The notes: a model not told the origin generated them from the sequence alone. A stretch of DNA of 62,228 nucleotides, filler included, from Circinaria calcarea (GCA_051942165.1; 23 parts of 23 records of this genome joined end to end with filler, not necessarily neighbours in it), one strand, 5' to 3'; shown: positions 1 to 13,019, counted from the first letter of the whole stretch. Made by a program: numbers and translations.

Positions 1-651
1 GGGTCCGTGGATGGTTCTCGGTGCTTGGAGGTGTAGAGAGCCAAGGAAGCCCCTAGCATTAGCAGCTCCAGTATCAAAGCCACCAGCCATGTTGACCAAT
101 GGGCAATCGTCGGAGACGGCTTAGTGTCTACAAGCGAAATGAGAAAAAGGCCATAAACAAAAAATGAGGCTGCTACATAGATCTAGTAGCACCATCAGTC
201 AAAAACTTCCCTTGAAAACGGTACTTTTGCAATCACGCACCGCCACAGCTTCACCGCACCACCATTCGTCCTTCCGGTTTAGTACGGTATGTAGGATCAC
301 CACCACGCCGTTCGCCACAAAGGTAAGTAACGCACCAACGGAGGTCCACTGGAAGAGGAGCTTTCGGGCCGGACTAAAGTCCAGGACCTGTTTCTTTCGC
401 CGAGCTGCCGCTCGTGCGCCCGTGTTCGACGGCAAGGGCTTCCCGCCGGGTCCGGTCTTGTCGGTAGAGACCTTGGCGGTGGTCTCCTCGGACGCGGTCA
501 GGATACTGTGGGCCGTGAAAGCAGCAAGGAAAAAGAAGAGGAGAATGATTGGAGACGCGTAATGAATGTAGAGGAGAATCTTGTCCGCGTTACCGTCCGA
601 AACCCACCTCCTGGAAGCGGGCGTCACGGTCAAGAGTGAGGAGGAAAGCAT
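1..651 (-). CDS. HMT1: Heavy-metal tolerance ABC half-transporter (Hmt1/ABCB6-like), N-terminal part, runs off contig
   Basis: ATG at 651; exon 241-651 (KILLYIHYASPIILLFFFLAAF...KTGPGGKPLP...LDFSPARKLLFQW...EWWCGEAVA); GT-AG intron 183-240; next exon IYVAASFFVYGLFLISLVDTKPSP. Matches the N-terminal membrane extension of fungal Hmt1; the ABC domain is not in the window. Confidence 0.75.
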
Positions 652-1000
652 GATTGAACGAGCGAATCGAAGCACCCCAACGCCCTGATCACATTCTCCG
701 GCGGTCGAAGGGAATCACGCAGCCATGGTTAAGACTGAGAGTATTGGGGGAGGTCGAGGGATTATTAAGTCCAGGAAATAGTACTGTCTGGTAAGATACC
801 AAAGAATGTGGTGGAGAGGTGGAGAGGTGGCGCACAGTTGGGCAGTTAGTGTTGCATACAGATGTGTTTGAAGATTCACGATCGGAGTGCATATGGCCGG
901 GATCGATTCGTCTTGGGGCTAAGGGCGGTGAGTTTTTCCGGCTAAAGGGTCCCGATTGCCGTTAGCGGGGGAATCTAAAGACGGCACTCCCGGTCGAGGG

Positions 1001-1044
1001 CAAGTGCCAAGCGCCAAGTGCCGAGCGCCAAGCGCCAAGCGCCA
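1001..1044. repeat. Tandem heptamer repeat C(A/G)AG(C/T)GC x6 in the divergent HMT1/RTC1 promoter
   Basis: CAAGTGC CAAGCGC CAAGTGC CGAGCGC CAAGCGC CAAGCGC CA read directly. Confidence 0.85.
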
Positions 1045-1273
1045 TCTTGAGGCAAGTAAGCTCGTTTGATACTTCCTCCATATCGATACCTTCTACTCCC
1101 TATACTGGTACCGTAGGTCGTGTCTGTCGCCTTGCAAGGCCATCACGAGTCGCTGGTCTTCCACACCCAGACTCACGATCAATACGGACATGTGACGGGA
1201 TAATGGAGCTTCAGACCGTGGATCCGTCCCCGGCCTTGCCTCCTTGAAGCTAGATGCTCTGGATGCTGTCCTC

Positions 1274-2618
1274 ATGTCGACGGCTTTTCGCACCGAGGCT
1301 CCCCCTCCACCTCCTTTGCCACCACAGCGATACGGGCAGCGAGCGGCCACTGCCATTGCGAGGTTAGCCCAGCCTTTCCTCTATGCATCGAGGCCACCAA
1401 GCGCACAGGGTAACCGGGAAGACGAGCAGAGCTCGCCTACATTCAAGGCAAGTGTGCGCCGGAGCTCGAGGTAGGTCAAATACCCAAAGGACCCTGGCCT
1501 CGTACGGGTGGCTGATAATTCTGGTCATTTCTACAAGCCCACTTTCGTCCAAGACCTCCATCCACAAAACCGGCATACCAATCGCGGCACTTGACATCAG
1601 CCCTTCTCGGACCCATGCCGTACTCGCGGGTCGAGATATACTAAAGACAATACGAGTCCAAGGCACAACATGCTCGGAAGATTTCAACCTTCGCTCGACC
1701 ATTGTCGCCTATGCTTCCACACACGGCACCTCGAAAAATGCTTTGTCGGCACAGCACAAGGACAACTTGGCGGCGAACGACGTGAAGTGGTCTCATGGAA
1801 AATATGACACCACGATTACCACCGCAGCTGCTAATGGGAGGATTGTACTCTATGATCTCAACCGGGCAGGGGTGGAGCTAGCGAGGCTCCATGAACATGC
1901 TCGTCAAGTACACAGGGTCGCCTTCAATCCATACCAAGGCGCCTATCTGCTGTCGGGAAGCCAAGATGCTAGTATACGCCTATGGGATATTCGTTTGTTG
2001 GCAGGCGATCGAGGCGTGATGACTTGTGGAAGTGTGAACCGATATCAGGGGAATAATGAAGGGATTCGCGATCTGCGATGGTCACCAACCGATGGCTTCG
2101 AGTTCGCCGCTGGGACAGATAATGGTGTTATTCAGCGCTGGGATATACGGAATCCGAATGCCCCACTGTTGAAAATCAACGCTCACGAGAAAACATGCCA
2201 TTCCATTGACTGGCATCCTGCCGGTCGGTACCTCGCGAGTGGAGGTGCTGACAAAACTGTAAAGGTATGGGACTTTGGCTCGTCAGAGCGTCGGATGAAG
2301 CCATGCTGGCAGTTGCGTGCCCCACAAGCCGTGTTGAACGCGCGCTGGCGGCCCGGTAGCACCGATACGCAGTATGGGAGCACTACCTCATGGAACGGTA
2401 CTAATATCGCGACCTCATACGACCTACGCGACCCCCGTATCCATGTGTGGGACTTGTGCCGTCCACACACGCCCTTCCAAGAGCTCGATCGATATGATTC
2501 ACCCGCATCTGCTATACTCTGGTGCTCAGAGAATATGTTATGGTCAGTGGGTCCCGCAGGGATCTTCACGCAGACAGATCTAAACTTTGCGCCGAAGCCA
2601 CTCGAGAGACGAAATGTG
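1274..2618 (+). CDS. RTC1: WD40-repeat SEA/GATOR2 subunit Rtc1/Sea2/WDR24, N-terminal part
   Basis: Exon 1274-1470, intron 1471-1537 (GTAGGT..AAG), then [88 protein letters not shown]. Confidence 0.85.
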
Positions 2619-2718
2619 NNNNNNNNNNNNNNNNNNNNNNNNNNNNNNNNNNNNNNNNNNNNTTAATTAATTAANNNNNNNNNNNNNNNNNNNNNNNNNN
2701 NNNNNNNNNNNNNNNNNN
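2619..2718. other. Artificial contig spacer N44-TTAATTAATTAA-N44 (first of 22)
   Basis: Identical 100-nt spacers start at 2619, 5335, 8051, 10767, 13482, 16196, 18910, 21623, 24335, 27046, 29757, 32467, 35176, 37885, 40594, 43302, 46009, 48714, 51418, 54121, 56824, 59527. Contig lengths decrease (with ties) from 2618 to 2602. Confidence 0.99.
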
Positions 2719-2938
2719 GTCGACGATGGGGATGGGGAGTATGAAGGGAAAGGAGAGGGGGCAGGGCGAGGCACGTGTGCAGGGGAACGCGGGAAGGACG
2801 TACAGTGGCAAGGGCGTGACGTTGCCGAGTCCCGGCCCCATGAGTGGCAGGAAGAGCTGTGAGAATTCGGCTGGGCTGACGAGTTTAACCGAGGAGCCGT
2901 GGGGACCGGAGAAGTTGAGGACGGATGGGGCGTTGTAG
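2719..2938 (+). CDS. Possible C-terminal end of an unidentified protein
   Basis: Open frame from contig edge to TAG 2936-2938 ([10 protein letters not shown]...[10 protein letters not shown]); no recognisable motif. Confidence 0.3.
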
Positions 2939-3278
2939 GTCATATTTTTTGGAAATGGGTGGGAAGGGGTTGTACAGTTTAGTGGAATGCGGACTTCCCT
3001 TCGAATACTTGTATTGGGAAAAACTCCGATCCTAGCACATGTTTTTCTCTCTCTTACCTAACCAATCAACCTCGTCTCCTTTAAAAATTTCCCCTCCCCA
3101 TCTCCAAATTACCCCCCTCTCCAAATCCAAATCCAAATACCAAAACCTTCCACAATAAATATACCGCGCCGTACCAGGACATGCCATACCATGAGCACAC
3201 AAGCTACAAACCCCTCCCTCCACCCAACCAACCAAAGAAAAAAAAAGGTAAGAGGTTTGTTCTTTGCGAGACGAGAAC

Positions 3279-3329
3279 GATTTGACTTGATTTGACTTGA
3301 CTCGACTCGATTCGATTCGATTCGATTCG
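3279..3329. repeat. Degenerate pentanucleotide microsatellite (GATTT/GACTT/GACTC/GATTC)n
   Basis: gatttgacttgatttgacttgactcgactcgattcgattcgattcgattcg. Confidence 0.8.
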
Positions 3330-3780
3330 GCCACGTGATGTAGGGGGGAAGAATTCTGTCAGTCAGTTAATCAGTCAGACATAATAAGAATTCCAGCTCA
3401 AGGAAGGGCAAAAAAGCCCAAAACGATTGGTCAAAGAGTTGAAAAAATATTGATAATGCCATTATCTACGATTCCCATCTACCGATACGACCTAACCTTA
3501 CTTCACTACCCACAATACGAATATACATGTTTATATGATACCAAAGCAACCTTCTCTGGACCTAGTTCTGGTATGGAAAAAATGCTCGCATTGCCCGGCA
3601 AACAAACCCGTAATACTCCGTAAAGCAAATGGGATATCTTGCCGTGCACGCTAAAGTCGCTTTACAAAGACCAAAAACAACAAAGCACAGCAGCTCCATG
3701 ACACCATAGCGGATGAGGCCTCCTTGACGGTGTATGAAGTCGAAAGCGGGCACACAAAAGGCATGTTCCAAATAACCGCC

Positions 3781-5334
3781 CTACAGCTCAATCAGATCCA
3801 CCTCTGAGAAATCAGGCGGACTCCTTCGGTAAACCACGCGCGCTTTCCCATCCAAACCGGTATACTCGTTACTAATCCAGATGTGCTTGGAAAACCTTTG
3901 GGTGCGGTAAATCTCATCGTCACTGACCCCCAGATCATCTCGTGGGATCCAGATGACAGGTCTCTTAGCCCGCAATGCTTCGTGTTGGAATGCACGCTGC
4001 ACGAGCTTATCTCTTTCTTCGGGGGTTAGATCCTCGATTTCGTCGCTGAGACCAGAGAATAGAGCTTCTCCAATCGGAGCTGCGGGGGAACGCTGTGCTT
4101 CGACGTCTGTTGGTTTTCGACTGGGATGGTTATGGTGGTGTTGTTTCGACGAGCGCAATGCCGCTAGATTATTCTTTGATTCATTCGCCCAATCATTGGT
4201 TCGTCGCTGGCGAGATCTGTCTGCCCAAGAAGGACTTTTGGGAATGACGTTTGTGAGAGCTTCCGGAACAATAGAACTGAGGTTCCTAGGGTCTAGCATA
4301 TTTCGTTGCTTCCGATTCTCAATGTGCTTTAGCTCAATATCTCCCGCTCTTTGGTCCTCCTCTTCTGATCTTCTTTCTTTCGCTTCAAGAACGTCATTGA
4401 TATCATCGCCTTCCTGCTCGCCTTCCACGAGATTCCACCTCTTTTCCTGAGCTCGGGCAAACTCTTCATCTCGGATGACAGCATCGTCTTCAAGAGTGAT
4501 TGGTAGATACCGAAACAACGGAGCAAACGAGTGATTAAGTAGTACTTGAAAGATGACTGTAAAAACGGAGACAACAATCATGACGATAGCCTGTCCTTTA
4601 CAAGGAGTCCCAACTGCTTTGCCCTCGGCGTCCGCATTCTGTACAAGGAAGAAAAGCCCAATTAGACAGAGTTCCATTACGTAAAGGCCAGTGAAGAGCT
4701 GGTTGATTGCCTTGGGGAAGAGTAGTCCGCCCGTGTCGAAGCGGAACTTGGTCACGTAAAGAGTGTTGTAGCGGTACACAATCCAAAACAGGCCAAAAGT
4801 AATGATGTTGAATATCAGTATCAGGGGTGAAATCACCGAGTAGATCAAACCTATCTCACGATCAGTATGTCAATCAGCACGAAAACTGCTAAAAAAGCTT
4901 ACCGATAGCTCCAAGATTAGTATAGACGGGGAAGAAGGTCCCCCACTGCACCTGCGGTAGGTTAATCTGCCTGGCCCATTTCTGCCTTGCAGTGTTGTCT
5001 AGAATAGGCGCAAGAACAAACCAACCAATGAGGCCCATGACTTGAACGAGAGCACCGGCACTGACACTAAGAGCTTGCAATAAAAGGTACGAGAAAAAGT
5101 AGTTTGCTGCTTTTGGCAAATTCCCAGCAAGGATAGAGGGTATGCTTTGAGGCGAACTGGTAATCTTGGGGATCACCGTCGTGATGCCAGAGGAGATGGA
5201 GACAACCAGAAAGACCTGAACAAAGAGGAAGAAAAAGTAGTAATTTTGCACGACAAGCTCTACGGCCATTCCCGTTTGTACTCCTGAATTTTTGGCAAGC
5301 AGACGGAGGATGACGGGCAGCAAAGCCAGGAGGA
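3781..5334 (-). CDS. CSC1/OSCA/TMEM63 (DUF221, Rsn1/Phm7-like) channel, C-terminal part
   Basis: YFFFLFVQVFLVVSISS, NLPKAANYFFSY, QWGTFFPVYTN; intron 4851-4902; GLIYSVISPLIL, DTGGLLFPKAINQLFTGLYVMELCLIGLFFL, AFQHEALRAKRPVIWIPRDDLG; stop at 3781. Confidence 0.92.
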
Positions 5335-5434
5335 NNNNNNNNNNNNNNNNNNNNNNNNNNNNNNNNNNNNNNNNNNNNTTAATTAATTAANNNNNNNNNN
5401 NNNNNNNNNNNNNNNNNNNNNNNNNNNNNNNNNN

Positions 5435-6997
5435 GTTGCTCAGCTTATCCGTGGGGTTTGGTGATTCGGATACAAGAAGGAGTTCCTGATCGTCATTCTG
5501 AGAAAAATGTCAGCTTAAGGGACTGATGGTCACTCCAAGAGGGTTCCTCACATTTTCAATACTCTTGAATTGCAAGTATTCAAATTCACCATTCCAACCA
5601 TATGTATACGAACTCATCCCTGTCGCCGTGATAGTGGGCTGTCTCCTTGGGAAGCGGTCACGTAGGAAAGCAACCTGCCAACTAGAGATATCCGATGGAA
5701 TGTCTTTAACCTCTTTCCGTTTCTCACGACCGGATATAAGGATCAAAAGGATAAGATCCGCGAATATAAAGATGACAAGATTAACAGACAGCAATGCCAG
5801 TACAATCCAGACCGGGAGGGGAATAATTGTTCGTCGTATCGCACAGCGATAGATGTCGGTACTTTTATATGATGCTTTGGACTCTTTGGTTAAAACATGA
5901 GTAGCATTGTTTCCGCTTCCTGCAGCCATAACCATTGCGTTTAGAAAGACCTCGAGGGTAGACCCAAAGGTGGTCTCGTCACCGGGAGATACGATGTCGT
6001 TTCCATATACAAGGCTTGCGTACACACTTTGGCCCCAACCATCGAGAGTGCCTACGCTTGGCATTTTCTTCAAAATCCATTGAATCCTTTCTCCTGCCAT
6101 GGTGCAATCAAAATTATACACCATAGTGGGTTGTCCAAGGTCTTTGAATGGAGATATAGCCGCTTTGACAGCCCAAGATTGGCGAACATCACTGGCTACT
6201 GAAGGACTCCAAAGTAGAAGTCCACTATGCCGAGTATCGCTGCCATTCCCGCTACCAGTATGAGAGAGCCAGTTGGTATACATGAGATCCTTTCGAATAA
6301 GATCTGAGGCGATGGATTGCACTGAAGCTACCGATTCGAAGGACATCGGACCGCTCGAACTGTTGCAAGTCCAACTTCCAAGATAGTCAGGACTGGCTGT
6401 GGTGATAGTGAAATCGCTATCACTGTTTGCTTTGGCGTAGATTCCTGGGGAATCTCCATGACGAATAGCTGCAATTTGCGCACTGATAGCTACATTGGCA
6501 GCTGGCCATGGTCTGGCTGGTGTGATAGTCCCTTCTGGACCCACCCCGTCAAAGAGCGGCTGGATCACAACGCCTTTGCTAAAGGCACAGTTACCATACA
6601 GACCAGTCGCCGCCGTGATAAAGGAAGAAACAAAGTATTGGTGGAGGATTCCAAAAGTGCCTGTTGACAACATAAAGAGCCCATAGTAACCTCCAGGTAA
6701 TCGTCTTGTCTGCCAGATATACGAGACTACTTCTGCTGCCGTCATCCATGATGACAGGCAGTTGAGGGAAATAGCCCGATTCTTTCCTTTCAGTAGCTTC
6801 GCTTGATTGCGATGTTTCAGCAAAAGTGCTCCGACGAGCCCGATCGATATGTTGAGAATAAGGAAAGCGGAGATGAAAATGTTCCGGGCAGTTGAGCTGT
6901 TCAATATTGTGTAGAAATCATGGCTTTGCCAATAATTCTTCGCCGCCGCGTCCGCTGGATGATGGTGAATTAGGGAGTGCCAGAAGTCCATCTTCAT
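5435..6997 (-). CDS. Uncharacterised fungal membrane protein (N- and C-terminal TM segments around a large Cys-containing loop)
   Basis: 495-aa ORF 5510-6997 with hydrophobic stretches (IFISAFLILNISIGLVGALLL; IIPLPVWIVLALLSVNLVIFIFADLILLILI); probable intron near 5490-5550 with continuation off the contig. Confidence 0.65.
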
Positions 6998-8150
6998 GGT
7001 ATGATTACGGTGGTAAACTAAAGATTTACCAGTATCAAAGGAGTATGGAGAGGGCCGTATAGAAAGTTGACTATATAGAGCAGCAGATATGACAGAAATA
7101 TATAAGCAAATTAGAAAGGTACAATAAAAGCCAATGCTTTATAAGGTTGCATGCCAATACGCATGATAAAGTAAAGGTGTGCGAGATATATGTGGCTGCG
7201 ACAGTAATCGATGTCCATACACTGTGCCCCTAGATATGAGATATAACCCTTGAAGTAATGCTTCCTTTGCCTAGCCCGAAGATAGCTTGCATATCTGCGG
7301 AGCCCCGACGCCTCCATCGGGAGTGGGGTGAAACACACGTCGGATCTAAGGAAAACGATTATCAATGCCCTGCCCTATTCCATATCCTTGTAGATATGCT
7401 AGGATGAAATCAGATAGCCAATAGAAGTTCCTCTGTAGACGCGTGGCTGATCTCAACATCTCAGCCTCAACGCCATACTGCGAAGTAAGCACTATCGAGA
7501 AAAATAAAGCACAATCTGGATCCAAAGCAAGCAAACCTTTAAATTACTATCAGGCCATCACGGTACAAACAGGGAACTTCATGCCACGCAATGGTTGTGA
7601 TGTAGTAACAAGTAGACTGTAGTCCTTGTCGATGGTGTTATGAGAAGTAGACATGCGTAGGCGACAGGGTACACTAACCATATGCCAGGATGGACGGACT
7701 GGTTGGGATGGGAAAATGGTGAAGGAAAAGGGCTCGGTGGTCTGGACCTACCTGTACTACGTTGAGGTTGTGGGGTGCGCCGTATTGTTGGCTTTGCGAA
7801 GAAGGTGTCGCACTGAGCGACTAGACTGGGCCTATTGGGATTTCTTCGATCCGTACATTTGACCCCCACTTGACAAATACGAGCGCCTGCGCAACGCCTC
7901 TTCATAAATTTAGCCCGTGGGGTCCGGATAAGTAGAAGGTGGTGATGCAGGTGTTGATTAATGAGCTTTTCACGGCGCATAGCGGTTGCAGAAGAGAATA
8001 AGGGGCGGGTAGCCGGCCAGTGGAGGGTGGTATCAGGGTGGGGTGAAGGGNNNNNNNNNNNNNNNNNNNNNNNNNNNNNNNNNNNNNNNNNNNNTTAATT
8101 AATTAANNNNNNNNNNNNNNNNNNNNNNNNNNNNNNNNNNNNNNNNNNNN

Positions 8151-8745
8151 ATGCCTCCAGCTCGGATCGCCATGTTTTCCGTCTACACGCATCTCGGGTC
8201 TACTATCTGCGCCTCTCCCTGGCCAACCTCGCCACCTGCGTTGCGCGCCCTAACCTCCTCTCCCTTGGGACGTGTCTGGGCAAGTTTACGAAAACAGGCA
8301 AGTTCCGGTTACACATCACGGCGCTGGATATCATCGCGCCGCATGCGAGGTACAAGGTCTGGGTGAAACCGAACGGGGAGATGCCCTTCCTGTACGGGGG
8401 CAATGTGGTCAAGGCGCACGTGGGCAGGTGGAGTGAGGACTGTCCGGAGCATCAGGGAGTGGTGGTACTGGCAATGGACGACACGCCACTGGTACGTCCA
8501 AGAACCTGCGACGGGCAAACACCCTCGTGGTTGGTAGAGCGGATTGCTTACGCTCCAACAGGGATTTGGAGTTACGGCAAGGTCAACGGCGGAGGCGCGA
8601 AGGCTCGAGCCAACCGGAATAACGACATTCCGACAGGCGGACATAGGAGAATATCTGAGAGAGGTGCGTAACTATAACACGTGGGCGACTAGACTCTCGG
8701 GCCTAACGTGCTACATCGCAGGAGGATACACTGTTCACAACATGA
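8151..8745 (+). CDS. NIP7: 60S ribosome biogenesis protein Nip7 (5' truncated)
   Basis: Hand translation: RHVFRLHASRVYY...SLGTCLGKFTKTGKFRLHITALD...YKVWVKPNGEMPFLYGGNVVKAHVGR...DDTPL | intron 8492-8561 | GFGVTARST...FRQADIGEYLRE | intron 8664-8721 | EDTLFTT*. Confidence 0.95.
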
Positions 8746-8837
8746 TTGAATCATCCTAACATTTGGAATACATCTAATGTCTTGGCCAAGCCACAGGTTG
8801 GCGTCGCCTTGTCGCCAAGCTGAAAATCTTCTTTGCC

Positions 8838-10766
8838 CTACTTTTTGGGCTTTTTCTTCTTAGGCTTTAAAGGTCCACTGATCACAGTGGTCGATGCTTT
8901 GGCCACGCCGTCACTGCCTGCCATGTTGAGACCCTCAACTGCTTTCTCGGCTACCCCTCCTTGCGTTGAGGCTGCCGCTTTCTGCTTGCCTTTCTTGCCT
9001 TTCGGACGATATGACGAGCGATCCTTAAGTGGTAACCATCTGTCTGGGTCAATTGTCTTTTCTGGATCGTAGTCCTTCGGTAACCGTGACTTTCGTTTTC
9101 GTTTTTTTACCAGTGTCGCCTGCTCGTCTCCAGCACTTTTCCGTGATGCATCAATACCAGGCGCGGGTGCAGTTTGAGGGATACCTGCATGCTCTAGGGC
9201 ATCAACGTCGAGATCGGCTATCAGTCGGCTGACAGGCGTCAGCTGTTCGACTTTGCCATCAATCTTATCTGCATCTATTGTCGCATACGCTGCGACATAG
9301 CCAGCCGTTGCCAGGCGGTCTTTTGGGTCTTCTCTCTGGAGTGTATCAAATACTTCACCTGCGGCGGAAAGCTCTTCCGGGTTGAAAGAGCTCACTAAAG
9401 ACATACCGGCAGCTCGTAAAAGATGTGGTGATGGTTTTGACTTGTGTCGCCAATATGATGCCGCCCTTGCCAATTCGGCCCTGATCTGAAGCCTTCGTCC
9501 CTGTATCGAGTACAGTGATACGAGTATGGCAACAAGTCCTGGTGCAAATCGTACATCTTGATCGTTGGCCCCAGATGACTTTTCAAGACGTTTGAAGAAA
9601 CTCTCAAGGACCGTTATTGCGGAGCCATTGTTTCTGGTTAGGATATAGAGGTGTATAATTGTCACGATAAGCCCAACATCATTCGGCCTCTTGTCCAGCA
9701 GGGGCAAGATGTACTTCAGGCCGAATCTGCCAAGCTGGTTTTGCGCATGTGCCGCTGCATTCACAACAGAAATGCTATTGAGATTACTGGATATCGTCGG
9801 CGAAGAATGCTTGTTAAGCGACATGTTAGCAGAATTGATGACTCCAGTGTACTTGGACGATTGTAGGTCCAGCGCTAGATTACTTTGCCTCTTCAAGTCC
9901 GCTTGAAAGGTGAAGAGCCTATCATTCGCAGGCAAGGGTGCCATCGAATGAAAGAGACGATGTGCAAGGAATGGGTTGACCGGTTTTGTTTTTGCACTTA
10001 GCTTGTTTATCTGTGCAACTTGACGCGTCGAGAGATCGGGTATCCTACGAGTTATTAATATACACATAAAACTCATCAGATCCAGGGCCTTACTCGTCCA
10101 AAGAGATCTCCGAGGCCAGCGCTTCTGCCTGATCAATTTTGCCCAACGCATTGAGCACATAGAGCTGCTGCACACTGATTGGAAGCAATTCCGCACTCTT
10201 TTCTGACTCCGGTAGATCGTCTAGTGATAAGCAAAGATCTGGAAGGATGAAGTAAGATACTGAAATAAAATACATTGAACAGCCGTTACCTTTAGCTCGC
10301 TTCAGAAGGACCTCGCCCTGGCCGAACTCTCCTCTCGCTATACACCCGCAAGCGGCATTGTAGGCCGTCTCAAAAGCCTCAAGGTCTTCCCTCTGGGGCT
10401 TTCTCTTCTGCGCCAGGTAGCCCAACCTCTTCCATTCCAGCTGGGCATCGGTAGCACCCCCATTGATACGAATATCGTTCACTTCATTTTCTAGAGCTAC
10501 TTGGCTTTGTGCAAGTTCCCGATACAGTCTCATAGCTCCGGGGAAATCCTCCAGTCGATAGGACTACAGGCCGTGATTAGTCACGGCTAACCAAGGTCGT
10601 TGGATGGAGATGCGAACAGCTTGGGCTTCAACGTGTTTTGCACCTCGATTGTCTTTTATATTCTTTGCTAGCTCGCTAGCTTCTTCGAGCTGCCCTAGTT
10701 TGTAAAGTGCGTAAGCATGCTCCAGCTGAGCTCTCCTTTTGACCTTATCCCCGCCTTCTTCCAAAA
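8838..10766 (-). CDS. SRP72: Signal recognition particle subunit SRP72 (5' truncated)
   Basis: TPR-like LEHAYALYKLG, FETAYNAAC; C-terminal RNA-binding motif KRKRKSRLPKDYDPEKTIDPDRWLPLKDRSSYRPKGKKGK; introns 10564-10617, 10239-10289, 10045-10093. Confidence 0.95.
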
Positions 10767-10866
10767 NNNNNNNNNNNNNNNNNNNNNNNNNNNNNNNNNN
10801 NNNNNNNNNNTTAATTAATTAANNNNNNNNNNNNNNNNNNNNNNNNNNNNNNNNNNNNNNNNNNNN

Positions 10867-10992
10867 GAGTCATGAAGACCTGTTGAATTCGTCAGCTCAT
10901 TAAAGAAGCGTAACTGTCGAGATACTGACTCTTTCGAAAGCTGTGGAGCATGCCCTTGGATGGGTAAGTAGGAAAACTGGCTTCTGTGCCAT
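10867..10992 (-). CDS. N-terminus of a P-loop/sulfotransferase-like fungal protein
   Basis: ATG 10992: MAQKPVFLLTHPRACSTAFER | intron 10880-10929 | VFMT. THPRxCSTAFER resembles the N-terminal motif of a conserved fungal family; not in the ORF track. Confidence 0.7.
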
Positions 10993-13019
10993 TTTCAAAC
11001 TCTTGAATTGGACACTCCTACACACTATGTTCCAAGTTGTGCAAGAGAGTGGCAGTCAAAAATCTCGAGTGCTTTGATGTGATACCCCTGCTGAATGCTG
11101 AGGTGCCAACGGAGACAGAAGGATAGACGTCCTATGAAAAGGATCTTATAGTAAAGACCATCGATAGCGGGCTTGGCAAGTTTAAACGCTATTCAGAGAT
11201 CTTCGAGGGATAGTCGGTGTCACGACTAGAAGCCTTATCCATTACCCGACTAGCACTGGAATGGATGATAGCATTCCATGTGTAGTGTCTCTTCTCGAAC
11301 GATCGCCGTTGGAGCGCCAACCTCCGGTCTAAGATATATGATTGGTGGGCCGTCGTTAGCAGCGAGATGATCTGGCCCGCCATGACTTGCTACCTTAGTA
11401 TACTGTAGAGCTCACGGAGAGTCTGTAGCCGTTGCTATGATTCCGAGGCCAATGCTGGAGTCAGAGAACCGATCTCTGAGGAGCGGAGGTCTTGTGCCGA
11501 TGGGGGTTTACCAATCGGATGTAGAATATGCGATGAGGCGATTGCGCCATCCAGCCTTGCAGGTAGCCCTTGTCGAGCGAGGGAAGACTTTCGGACGTAA
11601 ACCTCCGATTCTATCGTCCACTTACGTATCTGGTCAGATCTAGAGGCTTAGAAGTGTGCCAGCCGTCTGCCTTCTCCACAGGTTGTAGGTTATGTCCTAC
11701 TTTCAAATCTGACACATTCCCGAGGTTCAAACTACAAGCAGTCCAAGTTCTCTCACGACAATACAGATCGGGGTATTCCCCTCTCTCTCTCTGATGCCCC
11801 GGTGGTGCTAATAGCCATTCCTTACTTCCCTTTTTTCTATATGAAGGTCGAGATTGGCATAGCCAAATGGCTAGAGCTGTGTGAGTGTGGTTTCTGGACC
11901 AGTAAGCGAAGTAGATAGAGCGAGTGTTTTCCTGAGTCTCATTGATGTCCATCGATAGCCTCTCTGTACCAATTGGATGCACTTCGACCTGATGGTTTTG
12001 GACCATGGACGAATCTTCGAGACTTCCGTATACTAGCATCTAAGTCACTGGTCCTGTCCACACCAGCGGCGAAGGGAACCAGGGATGCATTAACCGCAGA
12101 AACTGTACGGGGTCGTCGTCCAAGATGCAGGCTATGTATGACCTTCCAGTGAAAACCAGTCCGACGTTCTCACCTAGAATGGTTGGGGTTTCCGATACGC
12201 CGCGACTCATATAAAATCTGGGGTACCTTACATGTTCTAGTCTGAAATAATACCCGAACAAACACACAACAGTAGAAAAGGAAGTGGATCGAGCGCAAGT
12301 GATGCCCGGGTATCAAAAGATGGTTAATCGCATTCATAGACCCAAGAATCAGGAGAAGAGTCGCAAGTTGTTTGGAGTGCATACTCGGACTTGATCATCC
12401 GAAGTCTGTCTCCTGGGGACATGCCGTAAATGCCAGCGTGCCAGCATACTCCGTAGGAAATAAAGAAATTCTGGATGCAGTTACAGCAGTACTTTTTACG
12501 AGGACCAGTGCCAAACAGCATGTGGACCGGGGGCTCTTAGCGATGCACTTTCGCAGGGACAGGCCAACGTGGTCAGAAGATGGGCGGCTGTAAGAGCTAA
12601 GCCAGTCGTAACCCCACGAGTGAGATCGAGACCCTGCGTGGAGTCGTTGTGGATAGACGATGAGGCCCCGGCGGCGACCTCTTAAGATTTTCGGATGGGA
12701 GATGTAATTGGACAGAGCTAGACTTCAGAGTTCCGACCCAATCGTCATGTGGATATAAGCCAAGTTTACCTAGACAATCCGTAGCAAAGAATATATAAAA
12801 TGTGCCGTTGAATCCCCCCGCCATAGTTTTCCCATTGAGATTTCAACTTTGGTTTGCCTTACCGGTAGCGTCAAAGGTCAATGCAACGCTAGCCGCAGGG
12901 TCCCTCGATATCACGCTGGCACACAACCGTACCCATTTATTGGACATCTACCCCCGATACTTCACTCTCTTTCCAACGTCGCAGCAGTGCCTTCTTCCTG
13001 TCAAAGCACGCTGGACGTT

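Noticed and set aside
11000..12900. Short ORFs, including a Cys-containing 65-aa frame at 12324-12521
   Set aside because: No signal peptide, ATG context or family pattern that I can support.
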